Part shown: in pieces, positions 1-15,465 of the stretch | How the letters are laid out: the number at the start of each line of letters is the position of its first letter | How positions within the stretch are numbered: the stretch's first letter is position 1 | Assembly: GCA_964016885.1 (NCBI GenBank) | Contig: OZ024743.1 | Span: 13,144,001 to 13,208,000, forward strand | Source: Eledone cirrhosa | Taxonomy: Eukaryota | Direction of reading: 5' to 3' | Length of the DNA: 64,000 nucleotides | Position numbers and translations under genes: made by a program | Notes under the pieces: generated by a model | Seen by the model: only the letters and a program-made list of their open reading frames with translations | Told to the model about the DNA's origin: nothing | Database searches by the model: none

Positions 1-445
<445 letters not shown>

Positions 446-559
446 TCTCTTTCTTTTTCTCTCGCTGGAGTTATATCTCTATCTCCCTCCCTCACTCTGT
501 CCCTCTCTAACCTCTACCCTACACCTCCCACTGTCTCTCTTTCTCCCCTCCACAGCGAA

Positions 560-1185
560 ATGGACTGCATGCAGGAAAAATGTGAAATCAGGAGTCAGCG
601 AAACTGGTCGAAGATTGAACTAGCGGTTTTGATCAAGGGGTGGACTATGGCTGATGGGTCTCCACCAAGCAAAAAGATGGCGGAGAACCAGAAGAGCCAT
701 GGGTTTCTGAGGACCCTGGTACAGATAGAGAGAAAGAGAAAAGAAATTGAGAAGGCGTATGTCCTCATAGCGCCTCATATGGCGATGCTAAGCCGTGTCC
801 TCAGGGAGGAGAAAACCGAAGGGAGGGATTGAGGAGAGGGAGAGGGAGAGGGAGGAGGAGAAGGAGAGGGAGGGAGAAAAGGAGCCGAAATAAGCCGCTC
901 CAGAAGTATGCTGATGTCGCGCGTGCTGCACCAACAAGGAGAAGGCACGCACATGCCGACGAGATACAGATGGCAGCAGCAGATCAGAAAATTTTTTTAG
1001 TGATGGCAGAGAAGATTGTGGGACAGCTGACCTGGCTGCATCGTCTCCAGAGCCAGGGTCATCCACACCAGCACTCGAGACCACCGCAGTTAAGGGACCC
1101 AGAGTGGCCGCCGCTGACACCAGACCAGGTGTCATACCGACAGCCATTACTGGCACCCCAAAAGTCACACCAGTGCTGCTGCTGA
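560..1185 (+). pseudogene. LINE-a ORF1 (split 560-832 / 829-1185), N-terminal Myb/SANT-like trihelix motif
   Basis: [14 protein letters not shown]...[17 protein letters not shown] aligns by eye with LINE-b ORF1 NWSDNEIDILINTW...RSEQQIQNKLKQIEIAF; frame break in a purine-rich run near 830; ends ...SHQCCC. Confidence 0.65.
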
Positions 1186-4145
1186 ATGTCAGGGGCCTGG
1201 TGAAACTCAGCAACATGAGTAAAATTTCCTATCTGGGAGACTTAGCCATAAGCAATCAAGCACTATGCATGGCACTAACCGAAACGCACCTGACAAGCAG
1301 TATAGCAGATGCAGAAATACATATACCGAAATATACTGTATTTCGTTCGGACAGGAAGGAGAGAACTCATGGTGGGGTTGCTCTGTATATCCGTGAAGAT
1401 GTCACACCAATTGTACTGTTGACACATTCAAACTCAGTCTGTGACACACTGATAATACATATGAAGCAACTACAGACGGTAATATGTGTCACATATCGGC
1501 CGCCCGATGCCCCCAGTCATGAGGGTAAATTTGAGGATAGCCTAAGTAGGATAGAAGAGGTCCTTGACAAACTGGACCAGGGTCTCAACATCCTACTGCT
1601 GGGAGACTTCAACTTACCAAAGGTCAAATGGCCTGAGGGCCACCTCCTCCCTGGAATGACGTCAATAGAACAGAGACAGACGGAATCCCTGCTGGCCCTC
1701 ACACACAGGCTGTTCATGGAGCAAGCAATACTCCTCCCAACAAGAGGCGAAAATGTCCTGGACCTCTGTTTTACAAACAACGAAGTGCTCATCCACAATG
1801 TAAAGGTGACACCAACAATTCTCTCGGATCATAACTTGGTAGAGCTAATGATATGTGGTCCAAGAGAACCAACAGAGACAAAACCACCAAGAAGCTCCGG
1901 GACGCTATCCAGCCTTAACTTCTACGGGGCTGACTGGAAGAAGATTAAGAGTGAAATCCGGAAGCAAACATGGAGTGCAAACATCGCCACACAAGACACT
2001 AACACACAATTTCAACACTTCATGACAACGATACACACCATATGCAAAAAGTGTGTCCCGGAGAAAGAGGCAAACAGACACAAAAATCTTATTCCCAGAG
2101 ATAGGAAAATCCTTATGAGACGTAGAACTAAACTCTCAAACCAGTTGAATAGTCAACAAAACCAAAACAAGAAGGAATACTATTTGAAACGTGCACTACT
2201 TGACACCGAGATTGCACTCAAGCTTTCACATGAGAATGAGAGGGCAAGGAAAGAGAACAGGGCCATAGAAAACATTAAAACAAACCCTAAGGCCTTCTTT
2301 AAATTTGCAAAAGAAACTGCCTCAGTACACTGCAAGATTGGACCACTCTTCCACACGGACGGTTCATTAACCGAAAATCCCCAAGAGATATGTGAAATAC
2401 TGAACGAACAGTACAAAAGTGTATTCACATGTCCACTGAGGCACATGCAAATAACGAAGCCAGAGGAGTTCTTTGATGCCACAACACTACATCAAGAAAT
2501 GGCAACCATCAACCACATAGACATAACGGAGGAGGATGTGGTGTACGCCATTGATGAAATTAGAACAGACTCGGCTGCTGGACCTGATGGATTCCCAGCA
2601 GTTCTCCTAAAAATATGTAAGCGGGCCTTAGCAACTCCACTGAAGATGCTCTTCAGAAGCTCCTTGGCTAGCGGTGTACTACCCAGGGAGCTGAAAGAAG
2701 GCACAATATGCCCTATCCATAAAGGAGGTAGTAGAGCGGAGGCCAAGAACTATAGGCCAGTCTCCCTGACGTCGCATATCAGTAAGGTCATGGAGCGAGT
2801 CGTCAGAAAGAAACTAATCACTTTCCCCGAAGAAAATGACCGCCTGACTAGCACGCAACATGGCTTCCGCCCAGGAAGAAGCTGCCTTACACAGCTGCTA
2901 CATCACTACGACTGGGTACTGAGACAACTACTAGACAGCTCACATGTAGACGTGATATATCTTGACATTGCGAAGGCCTTTGACAAGGTCGACCACGGAA
3001 TGATATGTCACAAACTACACGAACTCGACATAACTGGAAAAGTAGGTGAGTGGCTGCATGGCTTCCTAAGGGACAGAAGCTAGGCAGTCGCAGCAAATGG
3101 GGCCCTCTCGAGGGAAACACCGATAACAAGTGGGGTGCCTCAGGGGACAGTCCTGGGACCACTACTGTTTTTGGTGGCTCTCTCGGACATGCCCTCTGTG
3201 GTGCATGCAACAACATCCCTCACTAGCTATGCTGATGACACTAAGGTAGCACAGGCAATCAAAAACCCGGCTGACGCTGCCCTCTTACAGCAGGATCTGG
3301 ATGCCATATACAGATGGGCGGAAGAAAACAACATGCAGTTTAATGCTGGCAAATTCCAAGCCCTACAATACAAACCTGCAAACATAAACACAAATATAGC
3401 GGAACACAGCTACACAGGACCAGGAGGGACCGATATCCCCGTGTCAAAATCGATACGAGACCTGGGCATAGACATGAGCGATGATGCATCTTTTTCTTCA
3501 CACATCATGAAGGTGGCGACAGCATGTAGACGATTCGCTGGCTGGATCTTGAGGACTTTCCTTACAAGAGATCGAGACACCATGTTGACACTGTGGAGGA
3601 CTTTTGTCCTAAGCCGCCTGGACTACTGCTCCCAGCTGTGGTCACCCCATAGTGTCAAACAAACCACAGAGCTTGAGGCAATCCAGCGAAGCTACACCAA
3701 GAGGATTGCCAAGATGAGGGAGACAAGCTACTGGGAGAGGCTGAAGGAACTGAACCTCTACTCCTTGGAGCGAAGACGGGAGAGATACGCAGTGATCTAC
3801 ATGTGGAAAATCCTGGAGGGACTAGCACCAAACTTTGGCATTGGGAGCTGGACCAACCGTCGAACAGGACGTCACTGTGTAGTGCCAAAGGTCCCGTCTT
3901 CCACATCTAGAATAAGGAGCAGGTATTGCAATAGCCTGGGATTCAAGGGCCCTCAACTCTTCAACAGGCTGCCGAGGCATCTGCGAGACTTGCATGACGT
4001 GGAGGTGGATGTCTTTAAGAAACATCTCGACACCTTGTTATCCAGGATCCCGGATGAGCCCACAGCAAGACACGAGGGAAACCTAAGGACAGCAGCAACA
4101 AACTCCCTCCTACACCAGTGGCCAACCTATACAGGCTGGAGATAA
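993..4145 (+). pseudogene. LINE-a ORF2: apurinic-like endonuclease + reverse transcriptase, one in-frame TAG at 3081-3083
   Basis: APE motifs NVRGL, LTETHL, YRPP, GDFN, LDLCF, SDH; RT motifs NYRPVSLTS, QHGFR, YLDIAKAFDKVDH, PQGTVLGP, YADD; ORFs 1104-3083 and 3135-4145 share one frame, open from the heptamer at 993. Confidence 0.95.
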
Positions 4146-4227
4146 AATGTGTAGCAACAAGGGCGGTGCCCCAGCATGGCCTCAGCTGGATGGCTGAAAC
4201 AGGTAAAAGAGTAAAAGAGTAAAAGAG

Positions 4228-4586
<359 letters not shown>

Positions 4587-4799
4587 CGAGTAAGCAGCAA
4601 GTCACACAGCCACAAAACAAAACCACAAAACAAAACCAAACAAACAAAAATTGACCGGTTAATACATTTACATACATCTATATTATTATATATTTGAAAC
4701 CACGTGTTTTCCAACTTGTGAGTACATTTTCCTTTAACTACAAATAATTATTATATACTTTCGTCTTTTCATTAATTTAATTAATTTCAAATAACCAGA

Positions 4800-4877
<78 letters not shown>

Positions 4878-4996
4878 TCATATCTATATATATACTCTTC
4901 TCACTCACACACAAGAAAAACAAAAAACAAAAATAAATAAAAAAATATATATATATATTGAAATACTTAACTAAAACACACACACTCAAAACTAGA

Positions 4997-6146
4997 ATGG
5001 CTAACCAGCAAAAATCCAAACAGAACTGGTCTGATAATGAAATCGACATTCTAATAAACACATGGCATTGCCTTACCCAAACAGAAGACATAGATGCTTC
5101 ATCTCTGAACGACATTGCTAAACGTACAGTTCAATTTTTGAAAACTCGATCTGAACAACAGATTCAAAATAAATTAAAGCAAATCGAAATTGCTTTTAAA
5201 TTAATCAATAAACATTTGGATAAACTACGGTGTGTTTTTTCTTCGAATGCTGTCCAGCAGCAGCAACAACAACAACAGCAGCTACAACGGCAACAACAAC
5301 AACAGCTACAACAACAACATCAACAACAGCAACAACAACAACAACGACAACAACAGTGTGAACCACTCCTTGATTCATCAACAATGGCCGATCTACTAAA
5401 TGAAACTATTGACCTCCCAGTAGCCTCTGTCTCACAGCATGAAACGCCACATCCTTTCTCTGGCCCAGCAGTCCAATCATCACCACTGCCAACATCTACC
5501 CTGCCTACTACTACTACTACTACTACTACAACATTTTTGTCTACTGCTATGTCAAGGAATTTACCTTCTAATACCGGAACAAGAACTCTCCTTCCCACAG
5601 TCCACAAAGGTCGTCAAATCCTACTCAAACCATCATCTACAAACACACACACCCACAAACCCACCCACTCGAAACCCCATCATTTGCCGCTACTCTCTAC
5701 GCTATAGAATATGTACGGATAGTGGCTGCAAATTCACCCATTTACCTAGGACAAAACGATCTATCCCCACAAACAGCCACCACCATAATACATACTCTAA
5801 TTTAACACCAACACAACCACCAATAACTCAAACAAGGAATCCACAAATCTGCCGCTTTTCCCTGCGAGACAGATTGTGTTTAGACCGGGATTGTCCCTTT
5901 ACCCATCTCCCGGGGACCCGTCGGACAAATGAAAATAAAATTAAAAATAAAAGCAAAAACAAAAACCATAACCTACATAAAAATAACCACTACCACAGTC
6001 ACCAACAGTCTTCTAAACAGGAAACTTCTTCCTCTTTTTTAGCCATAATGAATCTGGCAAAAGAACTGGAAAAAAACATTCGAGCTATCACCCAGCACCA
6101 CCCTCCACTATCACCCCACTGCACAAACTCCCATTGCTGCCATTAA
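4997..6146 (+). pseudogene. LINE-b ORF1: Myb/SANT-like N-terminus, polyQ/polyT linker, two CCCH-type zinc fingers (one frameshift)
   Basis: ATG 4997 MANQQKSKQNWSDNEIDILINTW; second frame has CRYSLRYRICTDSGCKFTH and CRFSLRDRLCLDRDCPFTH; ends ...NSHCCH. Confidence 0.72.
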
Positions 6147-9142
6147 CAAACAAACAAATTAACAACACACCAAATCAATTAAAACCATCCACTCTCGCCT
6201 CTACATTTTTGCTTAACGCCCAAGGCATCAGCCCTTCCACCAATACTAAAAAATGGAAGATCAAATTCCTGGAGGACTGGATTGATGTCCATCCAAACCA
6301 CATCCCTTTCTTCGTCCTCACTGAAACCCATCTCAGTAACCTCCACTTGGAAGCCGAGGTGAAAGTGAAAAATTTCAAAGCCATCCGTGCTGATCGCGCT
6401 GGCTGAAGAAAGGGCGGAACTGCCATTTATGTCCATAATTCTTTCTCAACAGAGGCTATGAACATATTCACTAATGGATACTGTGAAGCAGTCACTGTAT
6501 TCAGTCAAACCAACAACCTATTAGTAGTTGGGCTCTATAGGCCACCCCAAACGCCTGTACCATGCTTCAAGGAATGCCTCAACAGCATAAAGTGTTTCAT
6601 CCAAGAGTGTCACCCTGACAACATCTTAATGATGGGGGACTTCAACCTCCCCGGAGTTGATTGGTCCACAAACAGCCTGCCACCAGGTTCTTCTGCCTCA
6701 ACCTCTGACAGGGAAGCAGTGGAATCGCTTCTTGACTTCATGGATGATTTCTTCCTATCCCAACTGGTGCTCGAACCAACGAGGTGCCACAAAAACGTCC
6801 TAGACTTAATTTTCAGCAATCACACTGATAATATCCACAATATTGCAGTGGAGAAAACTCTACTCTCTGATAATGACATGGTTCTCTGTGATCTGAGATT
6901 CCACCGTCCAATATACAAACCAAATGTCATCTCTCCTGTCCATCCGTTTGACGCTATGGATTTCCACAATGCAAACTGGGAAGCGATCAGTCATGATCTT
7001 GCACATGTCGACTGGTCCTTCACGCACACTCATACATCCACTAACATCAAAAAGTCCTGGCAGACATTTGTGGACACTGTTACAAACATATGTGCTAAAC
7101 ACACCCCATTAAGAACTATAAACAAATCTAAGAGCAGAATCCCTAGAAATAGAAAAACGCTCATCAGAAAAATTAAGAGAACGAACAAAAAAATCAACAA
7201 GCTGAAATACTGTCAGCAGCAACACATCAACTTGACTGCCATTTCATCACTAGAGATTAAAAAACATAACCTCCAAAACAACATAATGTCCCTCATCAAC
7301 AATCAGAGAAGAGCTGAAGAGGCCTGGGCCATTGAGAAGATCAAACTCAATCCCAAAGTGTTCTTTTCATTTGCAAAAAAACACAAAATCACTGGCTCTA
7401 CTGTTGGCCCTCTAATTGATGAAAATGGCACTCTTCAAGACAATGCTAAAACCATGGGTGAGATACTGCAGAAACAATACTGCTCTGTTTTCAGCAATCC
7501 TGATATGGCCGATCTGGGCTGTATCGGCGATGTTACTCCCCATTACACCTTATCGGACATAACGTTTGGCGCCCCTGATGTCTTGGCGGCAATAAAGGAA
7601 ATCAAGCATAATTCAGCAGTAGGTCCCGATAGGTTCCCTGCTTGTGTCTTGAAGGCGTGTCAACACCAACTTGCCAATCTGTGGCGGAACTCACTGGATG
7701 CTGGATATGTGCCAGAAAACCTTCTATCCCAGTCTGTTGTCCCAGTTTTCAAAAAGGGAAACAAATCCCTTGCCGTGAATTACCGTCCAATCTCACTCAC
7801 CTCTCATATCATTAAGGTATTTGAGAGAGTGGTGAGATCGCGAATGACCCACTTCCTTGAGAGTAACAATATGCTGAACTCCAACCAGCATGGATTCCGT
7901 AATGGAAGGGATTGCCTGACGCAGCTACTGCATCACTTTGATGACATTTTGAGAGCCTTGGGAGAGGGTTCCAACACTGATGTTATCTACCTTGATTTCA
8001 GCAAGGCCTTTGACAGGGTTGATCATAACATTCTACTGAGAAAGCTGTCCAATATTGGTGTCACTGGAAAGCTGCTGCAGTGGATCAAGAGCTTCCTGTC
8101 AAACAGAACCCAACATGTTGTAGTTGAGGGAGTCAAATCCAGCCCAGCCAAAGTCAGTAGTGGGGTCCCACAAGGCACTGTGTTGGGCCCACTTCTCTTC
8201 ATCATCTATATTAATGACATCACTGACATCATCAAACACAGCAACATTAAAATTTTCGCTGATGATTCCAAGCTCCAAAAGGTCATCAATGACGTGGATG
8301 ACCGGATAAGCCTTCAGTCAGACCTACTGGCTGTTACCCAATGGGCGGAAAAGAACAACATGTTACTGAACGAAGACAAATTCGAACTGATCCACTTTGG
8401 AAAAGAGGATGCTCTGAAACTCCCGTACTCCCTTCCCTCCGGGGAAACTCTCGTGGCATCTAACAACATCAGAGACTTGGGAGTAACCGTGGACATCAAC
8501 ATAAGCTGGACCACGCATATAAGCAGCAAAGTTGACATGGCCCGCAGAATGTGTTCCTGGATCCTCAGAATTATCCAGTCGAGAGATTCCCACACCATTA
8601 TCCTTCTCTTCTCTACTTTTGCCCGACCACACCTTGAATACTGTTGTCCACTGTGGTCTCCCCACACGAAACAAAGTATCATGAAACTTGAAGCTCCTCA
8701 AAGGGCAATCACGAAAAAGATAGATGGCATGTCAGACTTTGACTACTGGGGTCGATTAGAAAACCTGAAACGTTACTCACTCCAACGTCGCCGTGAGCGT
8801 TATGTTATCTGCATGATGTGGAAAATGTTCCATCATCACTGCCCAAATGATGTTGGCATCGCCTTCAAGATACACCCAAGGCTTGGGCCCCGTGCTATCC
8901 GTCCCATTCAAAAATCTAAATCGCAACTCATAACAACAATACGGCACAATTATTTCACCTCAATCGGCCCTGCTCTCTTCAACATCACACCAGGACACGT
9001 CAAAACAGAAACTGACCACACAAAATTCAAGAAGTCTTTGGACAAATTTCTCCAATTAATCCCGGACAAACCACCCACACCCGGATATGTCTCCGCAAAC
9101 AGTAATTCTCTTCTCGAATGGGCCATGGGGCCCAAATCCTGA
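6035..9142 (+). pseudogene. LINE-b ORF2: APE endonuclease + RT, one in-frame TGA at 6404-6406
   Basis: NAQGI, LTETHL, YRPP, GDFN, NYRPISLTS, QHGFR, YLDFSKAFDRVDH, PQGTVLGP, FADD; ORFs 6134-6406 and 6458-9142 share one frame; C-terminus IPDKPPTPGYVSANSNSL resembles LINE-a IPDEPT...ATNSL. Confidence 0.95.
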
Positions 9143-9233
9143 ATTGAAAGACTTCGCCAGGTGGTGCTATTAAGTTAGACATGGCCTAGGCCAATACTGG
9201 CCAAAACATTTCAAAGTTATTCAAAGTTATACA

Positions 9234-9311
<78 letters not shown>

Positions 9312-9619
9312 TGTGTGTGTGTCTGTGTGTTTGTGTGCCGGTCAGTCTGTCTGTGTGAGTGTGTCTCTGCGTATGTGTATTTATAACTGTGGGAATTGGC
9401 GGACTGGGTCTAAAAATATTGGTTGCCAGGAGATGAAGGGCGACTACCTATATATACAATGCTATCATTTAATTTTTATAATGAATAAATAAAACTTTCG
9501 AAAAATACATAAGTGGAAACAAAGCAGCGCAATCAAATTTTTGGGGAAAAATATCTTACCTTCGCCAATAAAAAATATGATGTATTTTGCGAAATTCAGA
9601 GACTTTCAATACAAACCGG

Positions 9620-10060
9620 AAGTCGACCCAAAATATTACTAATAGCTCTAAGAAATCCATGACCGACACCACATCTTTTTAACTTTGATTTTGAAAGTAG
9701 GTTTATAATTATCAATTTTCATTATATTTTCTTAGCTGTCTCGGTGGTCTAGTTGGATGAATCATAGACGGTGGTGATCCTGGTCTGAAGTTCGATCCTG
9801 GTCGTGAGTAAGATTCACAGTAAACCTTTTCAGTTTTTTTCTATTGGTTGTAAAATAAAATCTGAAAAGGTTACATGTAGCTCTTGACCAGGATTGAACC
9901 CAAGGTCAGGATCTCCACCGTCTTTAGTACTTACCGCTAGGCCACAGAGACAACTAGGAAAATCGCATGAAAATTCATACTTATAAACCTACTTTCAAAA
10001 TTTTCAAAACAAAGTGTTGTGTCGTTCTTAATGTTATTGCTCCGACTTAAGGTCGACTTC
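9620..10060. mobile_element. Imperfect fold-back (MITE-like) element whose arms contain a tRNA-like SINE head
   Basis: ATTTTGAAAGTAGGTTTATAA (9688) is the reverse complement of TTATAAACCTACTTTCAAAAT (ends 10001); GAAGTCGACC 9620 / GGTCGACTTC 10051; A-box-like TGGTCTAGTTGG and B-box GTTCGATCC at ~9746-9798, mirrored at ~9885-9955. Confidence 0.7.
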
Positions 10061-10562
10061 TAAATCATTTGGCTGTTCCATAAACTACATCCTCGTTTTG
10101 TTTCTCATCTATCTAGACTACATTTTAAGTTGTAATGTTTCATTTCTGTTGCTTCTCATTTCTCCCCCTCCCCCTTCTCTCTCACGTTTTTAAATGAAGC
10201 TATAAAATAGTTATGAAAGTGTGTATAGAGAGACACTTTAAGCATATTGTGTGTATGCGTACATCTATATGGTTTATCTGGTGTGTCTGTGTGTATCTGT
10301 GTATGCGTATATGTTTATGTGTGTGTTTGTAGCAGAGCTGAATAGTTTAAAAGTTCGTTTCGCAATCGATAAATCCCGAGTTCATGCCATTGCATTGCCC
10401 CCTGGGCGTCTGCGAGTAAAGCAGGCATGTGAGTGAAATTGGGTAGACGAAAACCTGTTAGAACGGACATACAATTCAAATGTCTACAGATGTCACACAC
10501 TCTCTCACGGTGAATTTGCCCGAAAAATATATCTGGGTACATACACCTGTGCAATACCCGGG

Positions 10563-10702
<140 letters not shown>

Positions 10703-11066
10703 GCTGCTTGTCAGTAGAACTATTTGTTGATAAGTAGTTCTCATCCCTAATTTGCGAATAATCAATTTCCAATGCATGTACTCGGCAACTTTTTTCTGAG
10801 GCTGAAACTGAATTTAGACCACGTGATGGAAGTGTGAGTATTTCATCTCTTTCTTAGTTCAACTATTGGAATTCTTAAATTTATTTGATTGTTATCAGCC
10901 TTGTTTCTTCTATATGGGTGCCGCTTTCCTGAAACAAATAATTTTGATTGAGCTCCGAAACGGTTTACCTACGCTCGTGGTATCGTTATCGTTAAACAGT
11001 TCTATAGGAAGCAAGATCGAAACATTGCACTGGCGTTTGTATCTCTGGCATCATCTGGACCTAAAT

Positions 11067-11120
11067 ACACCTTGAAAAGGCTTGCTGAACATACAAGCCG
11101 AAACCATTTGGCGCCGGTGT
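11067..11120 (+). ncRNA. Degenerate type-I hammerhead ribozyme motif, U3-A8 core variant
   Basis: ACACC-TTGAAAA-GGCTTG...CAAGCC-GAAA-CCATTTGGCGCC-GGTGT: perfect stems I and II, but cleavage triplet reads GCC and stem III is irregular. Confidence 0.55.
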
Positions 11121-11131
11121 CGGGATTTTAC

Positions 11132-11268
<137 letters not shown>

Positions 11269-12869
11269 TATATTTTGTGTGTGTGTTTCGGTCTGTCGAT
11301 CTGTCTGTATATATGTGTGTGTCAATATATACACTATGGTATCTCCCATGCTAAATACTGTGAGTAAATGCTGAGATTATCTTCGCAATTTGAAAAGAAG
11401 AAATCTCTTTTGAAGTGTTTAAATGTATATGTGTGAGGATACTTGTATGTACGTGTCTGTTATAGTATCAACAGAAACTATAAAATGGTAAATGTGTACA
11501 CAGAAAAGTAGAAAAAGATGTCTCCGATGAAAATCTAGTATTTAAATCACATTGATTTTTTTAGATATACATATTGTTTTATGAGCGCTTCATTAGAAAC
11601 TATAATTGTTACTCAAATTGGAAATTTAGAACATAATTTCCAATTAGTAGCTATGAGACAGTATAACAATTTTTCCTGTACTGTATTATCCATATCGTAC
11701 ATGTATTATATATAAATAAAAGAAACACGTACGTGCAAATTATACACATGTCTACAGACTCCATAGCCGTACCGGCAACTTCTAAGGCTACTAGGAAATA
11801 AACGAACAAAACAATATTCGAGTATGTCTTTGGAGAAAAGTACATCGTTGATGCAAACAGAATAACACCTGGACTGCTAAAGAATTAGATATGAAATTTA
11901 AAACAGCAGAAACATAAATAGTAGTAATTTTATCAAAGCAATACAAGGTTCCGACTGAAATATAACAAGACAGTAAAACAGATACGATTGTATACAAAAG
12001 TATCACCGAAGAAGGAAATGATGTGAGTTGTACGAACAAGGTGCTTGAACAGAATTACTATAGCGACACAGAGGCGAAAGGGTCTCACGAGCTGATGGCT
12101 CGATAAAGCGTGGTACATAAGGAAACAGGACATAGGAGTTTAAAGAGGCAGAATTGCATTCTGGAAAAAAAAGGTCCCTTCATACAGCGCTGGTTTGTAT
12201 ATTCCCAATTATTAGCTAAAGCCTTAAACCAAGGATGGACATACAGTAAACATTGAAGTTACTAAATAGGAATTTTAAAACATATTCTCTACAAGACTAG
12301 ATAATCTAAACTATAATAAAGTAAGGAGAGCGGGACTGCATCCAGAAAATATTATTTTTATCCCGTTTGTAAAATAAGTTGGATTACTTTGAATAAATAA
12401 TGAATGAATAGTACATAATTTATCTACTAAATTTCGTGGCTGTTCATTAAATATATTTTATTACTTATTTAAAGATTCACTCCTTTAACATTTTCAAATT
12501 TCAACGCTTCCGTTGATAAATAAACATTCATATATTAAATAAACATTTCCGTCACTAATTTTCTCCTATTGCAGTTTATATATAATATCGTCTTTTTTTA
12601 ATGTATCATGGATTACGTTACTGATTACATAAGACAGTGTAACGCAGTCTTCGTTCAATTTCTGTGTACATTGTCAATTACGATTTCATTTGATGTATCA
12701 TGTCTACATGCATATATACTTGCGTATAATATCAATATGCACACTACACATGCTAGCAGAAAATCCCGCGAAAGGTGGTTTTTCTGCTAGTTCTAGTAAT
12801 ATTTGATGACTATAGATGATATTTGTATGAATAGGTTGAAGTATTCCTGGATACGGAAAACAGTGAAAT

Positions 12870-12990
12870 AGACGCCTGTAGAGAATCGAGCTACGTATAT
12901 CTACGGTGTATTTTTCAGATTCCAAATTATTTCCAAATGCTGCGTAGTGAAGCGATGTCTTCTTTATGCTCCCAGCAACACGTTTAATAA
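12870..12990 (-). pseudogene. Possible single ankyrin-repeat fragment
   Basis: Minus-strand KKTSLHYAAFGNNLESEKY resembles the ankyrin consensus TxLHxAA; no convincing splice sites or neighbouring repeats. Confidence 0.3.
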
Positions 12991-13015
12991 CAAGACGGTA
13001 TTTAGCGACCAAGGA

Positions 13016-13135
13016 TCCTTCGGCGTAATGGGTAAAGACGCTCGCCCGGCATACGAGAATTTCCCATAGGCAGCACCGCCTGCTTTTCTTCCCTTCTTCA
13101 AGGGATACTTTACCCTATTTATTCTATTATTAGCT
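13016..13135 (+). mobile_element. Degenerate tRNA-derived SINE-like fragment
   Basis: CGGCGTAATGGGTAAAGACGCTCGCC A-box-like head; B box not evident; TATT-rich tail. Confidence 0.4.
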
Positions 13136-13226
13136 ATTAACTATCGTCATCAACTAGTTATCTGCTTTGTGGCGAATATATATATATATGTTTTTGTACG
13201 TGTGTGTGTAGCGAGAGAGAGAGAGA

Positions 13227-13342
<116 letters not shown>

Positions 13343-13758
13343 GATTAGATACCAAAAGGGTCACATACTCATTTATGGTGATCTGTCTTTATGTGTGAAC
13401 AATAATTAAGACTGAACAGTCCACAGTAACTATAAGCGAGGAACATACGGTCTTTGTACATTTGCAACATGGGAATATTTACAAATATGATACTGGATTA
13501 ATGTAGTTTATTCTCGTGAGTACGGAGAAACATAAGCCATGAAGTATGTCTGTGTCAGACATGCAACAAACATTGCAGGAAAACACACAGAAATTAGAGA
13601 AAATCCAGTGACAATGAAGTGTCATAACGCGTGCGCTCGAGGCGATTGATGAGATCATTGTAGAAGGAATATCCCACACACAAACATGTACATTTTCACA
13701 CACACACACGCACACACACACAGACACACACAGACACACACACACACACACACACACA

Positions 13759-14885
<1,127 letters not shown>

Positions 14886-15131
14886 TATATATATATATAT
14901 ATATATACTTAATATAGTATTTACGTATCGAGAAAGAGAAAAAAAGGGGGGATAGGTGATACATATAGTTATTTGCCAAGTAGCGTATGCAAAAGGTGCT
15001 CGATACTAGTGCCGGCAGTATTAAATATTCCAAGTGTCAATATTTAGTGGGCTAGAGAGTTAGCAGAGCGTAAGCACGTGGGAAAGTAAAAAATCGGAGA
15101 ATAGGCCGTTAAAACATGTTTATTTAAAATA

Positions 15132-15172
15132 TCACCTACGTACGTTTCGCCCAGTTGGGCTTCTCAAGGGCA
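15132..15172 (-). ncRNA. Type-I minimal hammerhead, U3-A8 variant (PLE-B 3' UTR)
   Basis: Minus strand: GCCC-TTGAGAA-GCCCA AC TGGGC-GAAA-CGTACG-TA-GGTG; palindromic stem III; stem I short. Confidence 0.65.
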
Positions 15173-15465
15173 TAAATAATCACAAGTGTTCCTTATATTG
15201 CTCGGAAAGAGTTTTTGGGGTTAAATCCACATCAAGGTTCATTGCTCGCAAAAATATCTTGTTTTGATTTTGCAGCAGGTCAAGGGAGATAACTCTGGCC
15301 GGTGTTAGGGCAGTCTTTCCCGGAAAATTTTTTTTTTTTTTTTTTTGCCGCATCCGTTTGTCTGAGGCTGGGTCTGGTATGCAAGGATTGTTTCCTGGGT
15401 GTTACTTTGCAGCGCCTGCCCGCCGGGGTGTTAAGACTTGTTGCAGGGAGAACCAGTGTACTATT

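Larger units (their letters stand above)
446..4227 (+). mobile_element. Near full-length APE-RT non-LTR retrotransposon (LINE-a, CR1/L2-group-like) inserted in (TA)n
   Basis: Pyrimidine-rich 5' UTR, ORF1, APE+RT ORF2, short 3' UTR ending in (GTAAAAGA)x3 at 4203-4226; (TA)n on both sides. Clade assignment is by recalled motif similarity only. Confidence 0.93.
4587..9229 (+). mobile_element. Second near full-length APE-RT LINE (LINE-b), related to but distinct from LINE-a
   Basis: ORF1 + ORF2; 3' tail (TTCAAAGTTA)x2 at 9210-9229 followed by (TA)n; 5' boundary uncertain because (TA)n at ~4800-4876 may be inside or outside the UTR. Confidence 0.92.

Noticed and set aside
3081-3083. In-frame stops in LINE/PLE ORFs (also 6404-6406, ~26158-26160, 38497) as recoding or selenocysteine
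   Set aside because: They are single-base changes at positions expected to be Gln/Arg/Ser rather than Cys, a mix of TAG and TGA, with no SECIS seen; ordinary decay
9735-9808. Functional tRNA gene
   Set aside because: A/B boxes are present but no proper acceptor or anticodon stems; treated as SINE-derived
11790-12175. Purine-rich stretch resembling a coding exon
   Set aside because: Stops in all plus frames and no recognisable motif
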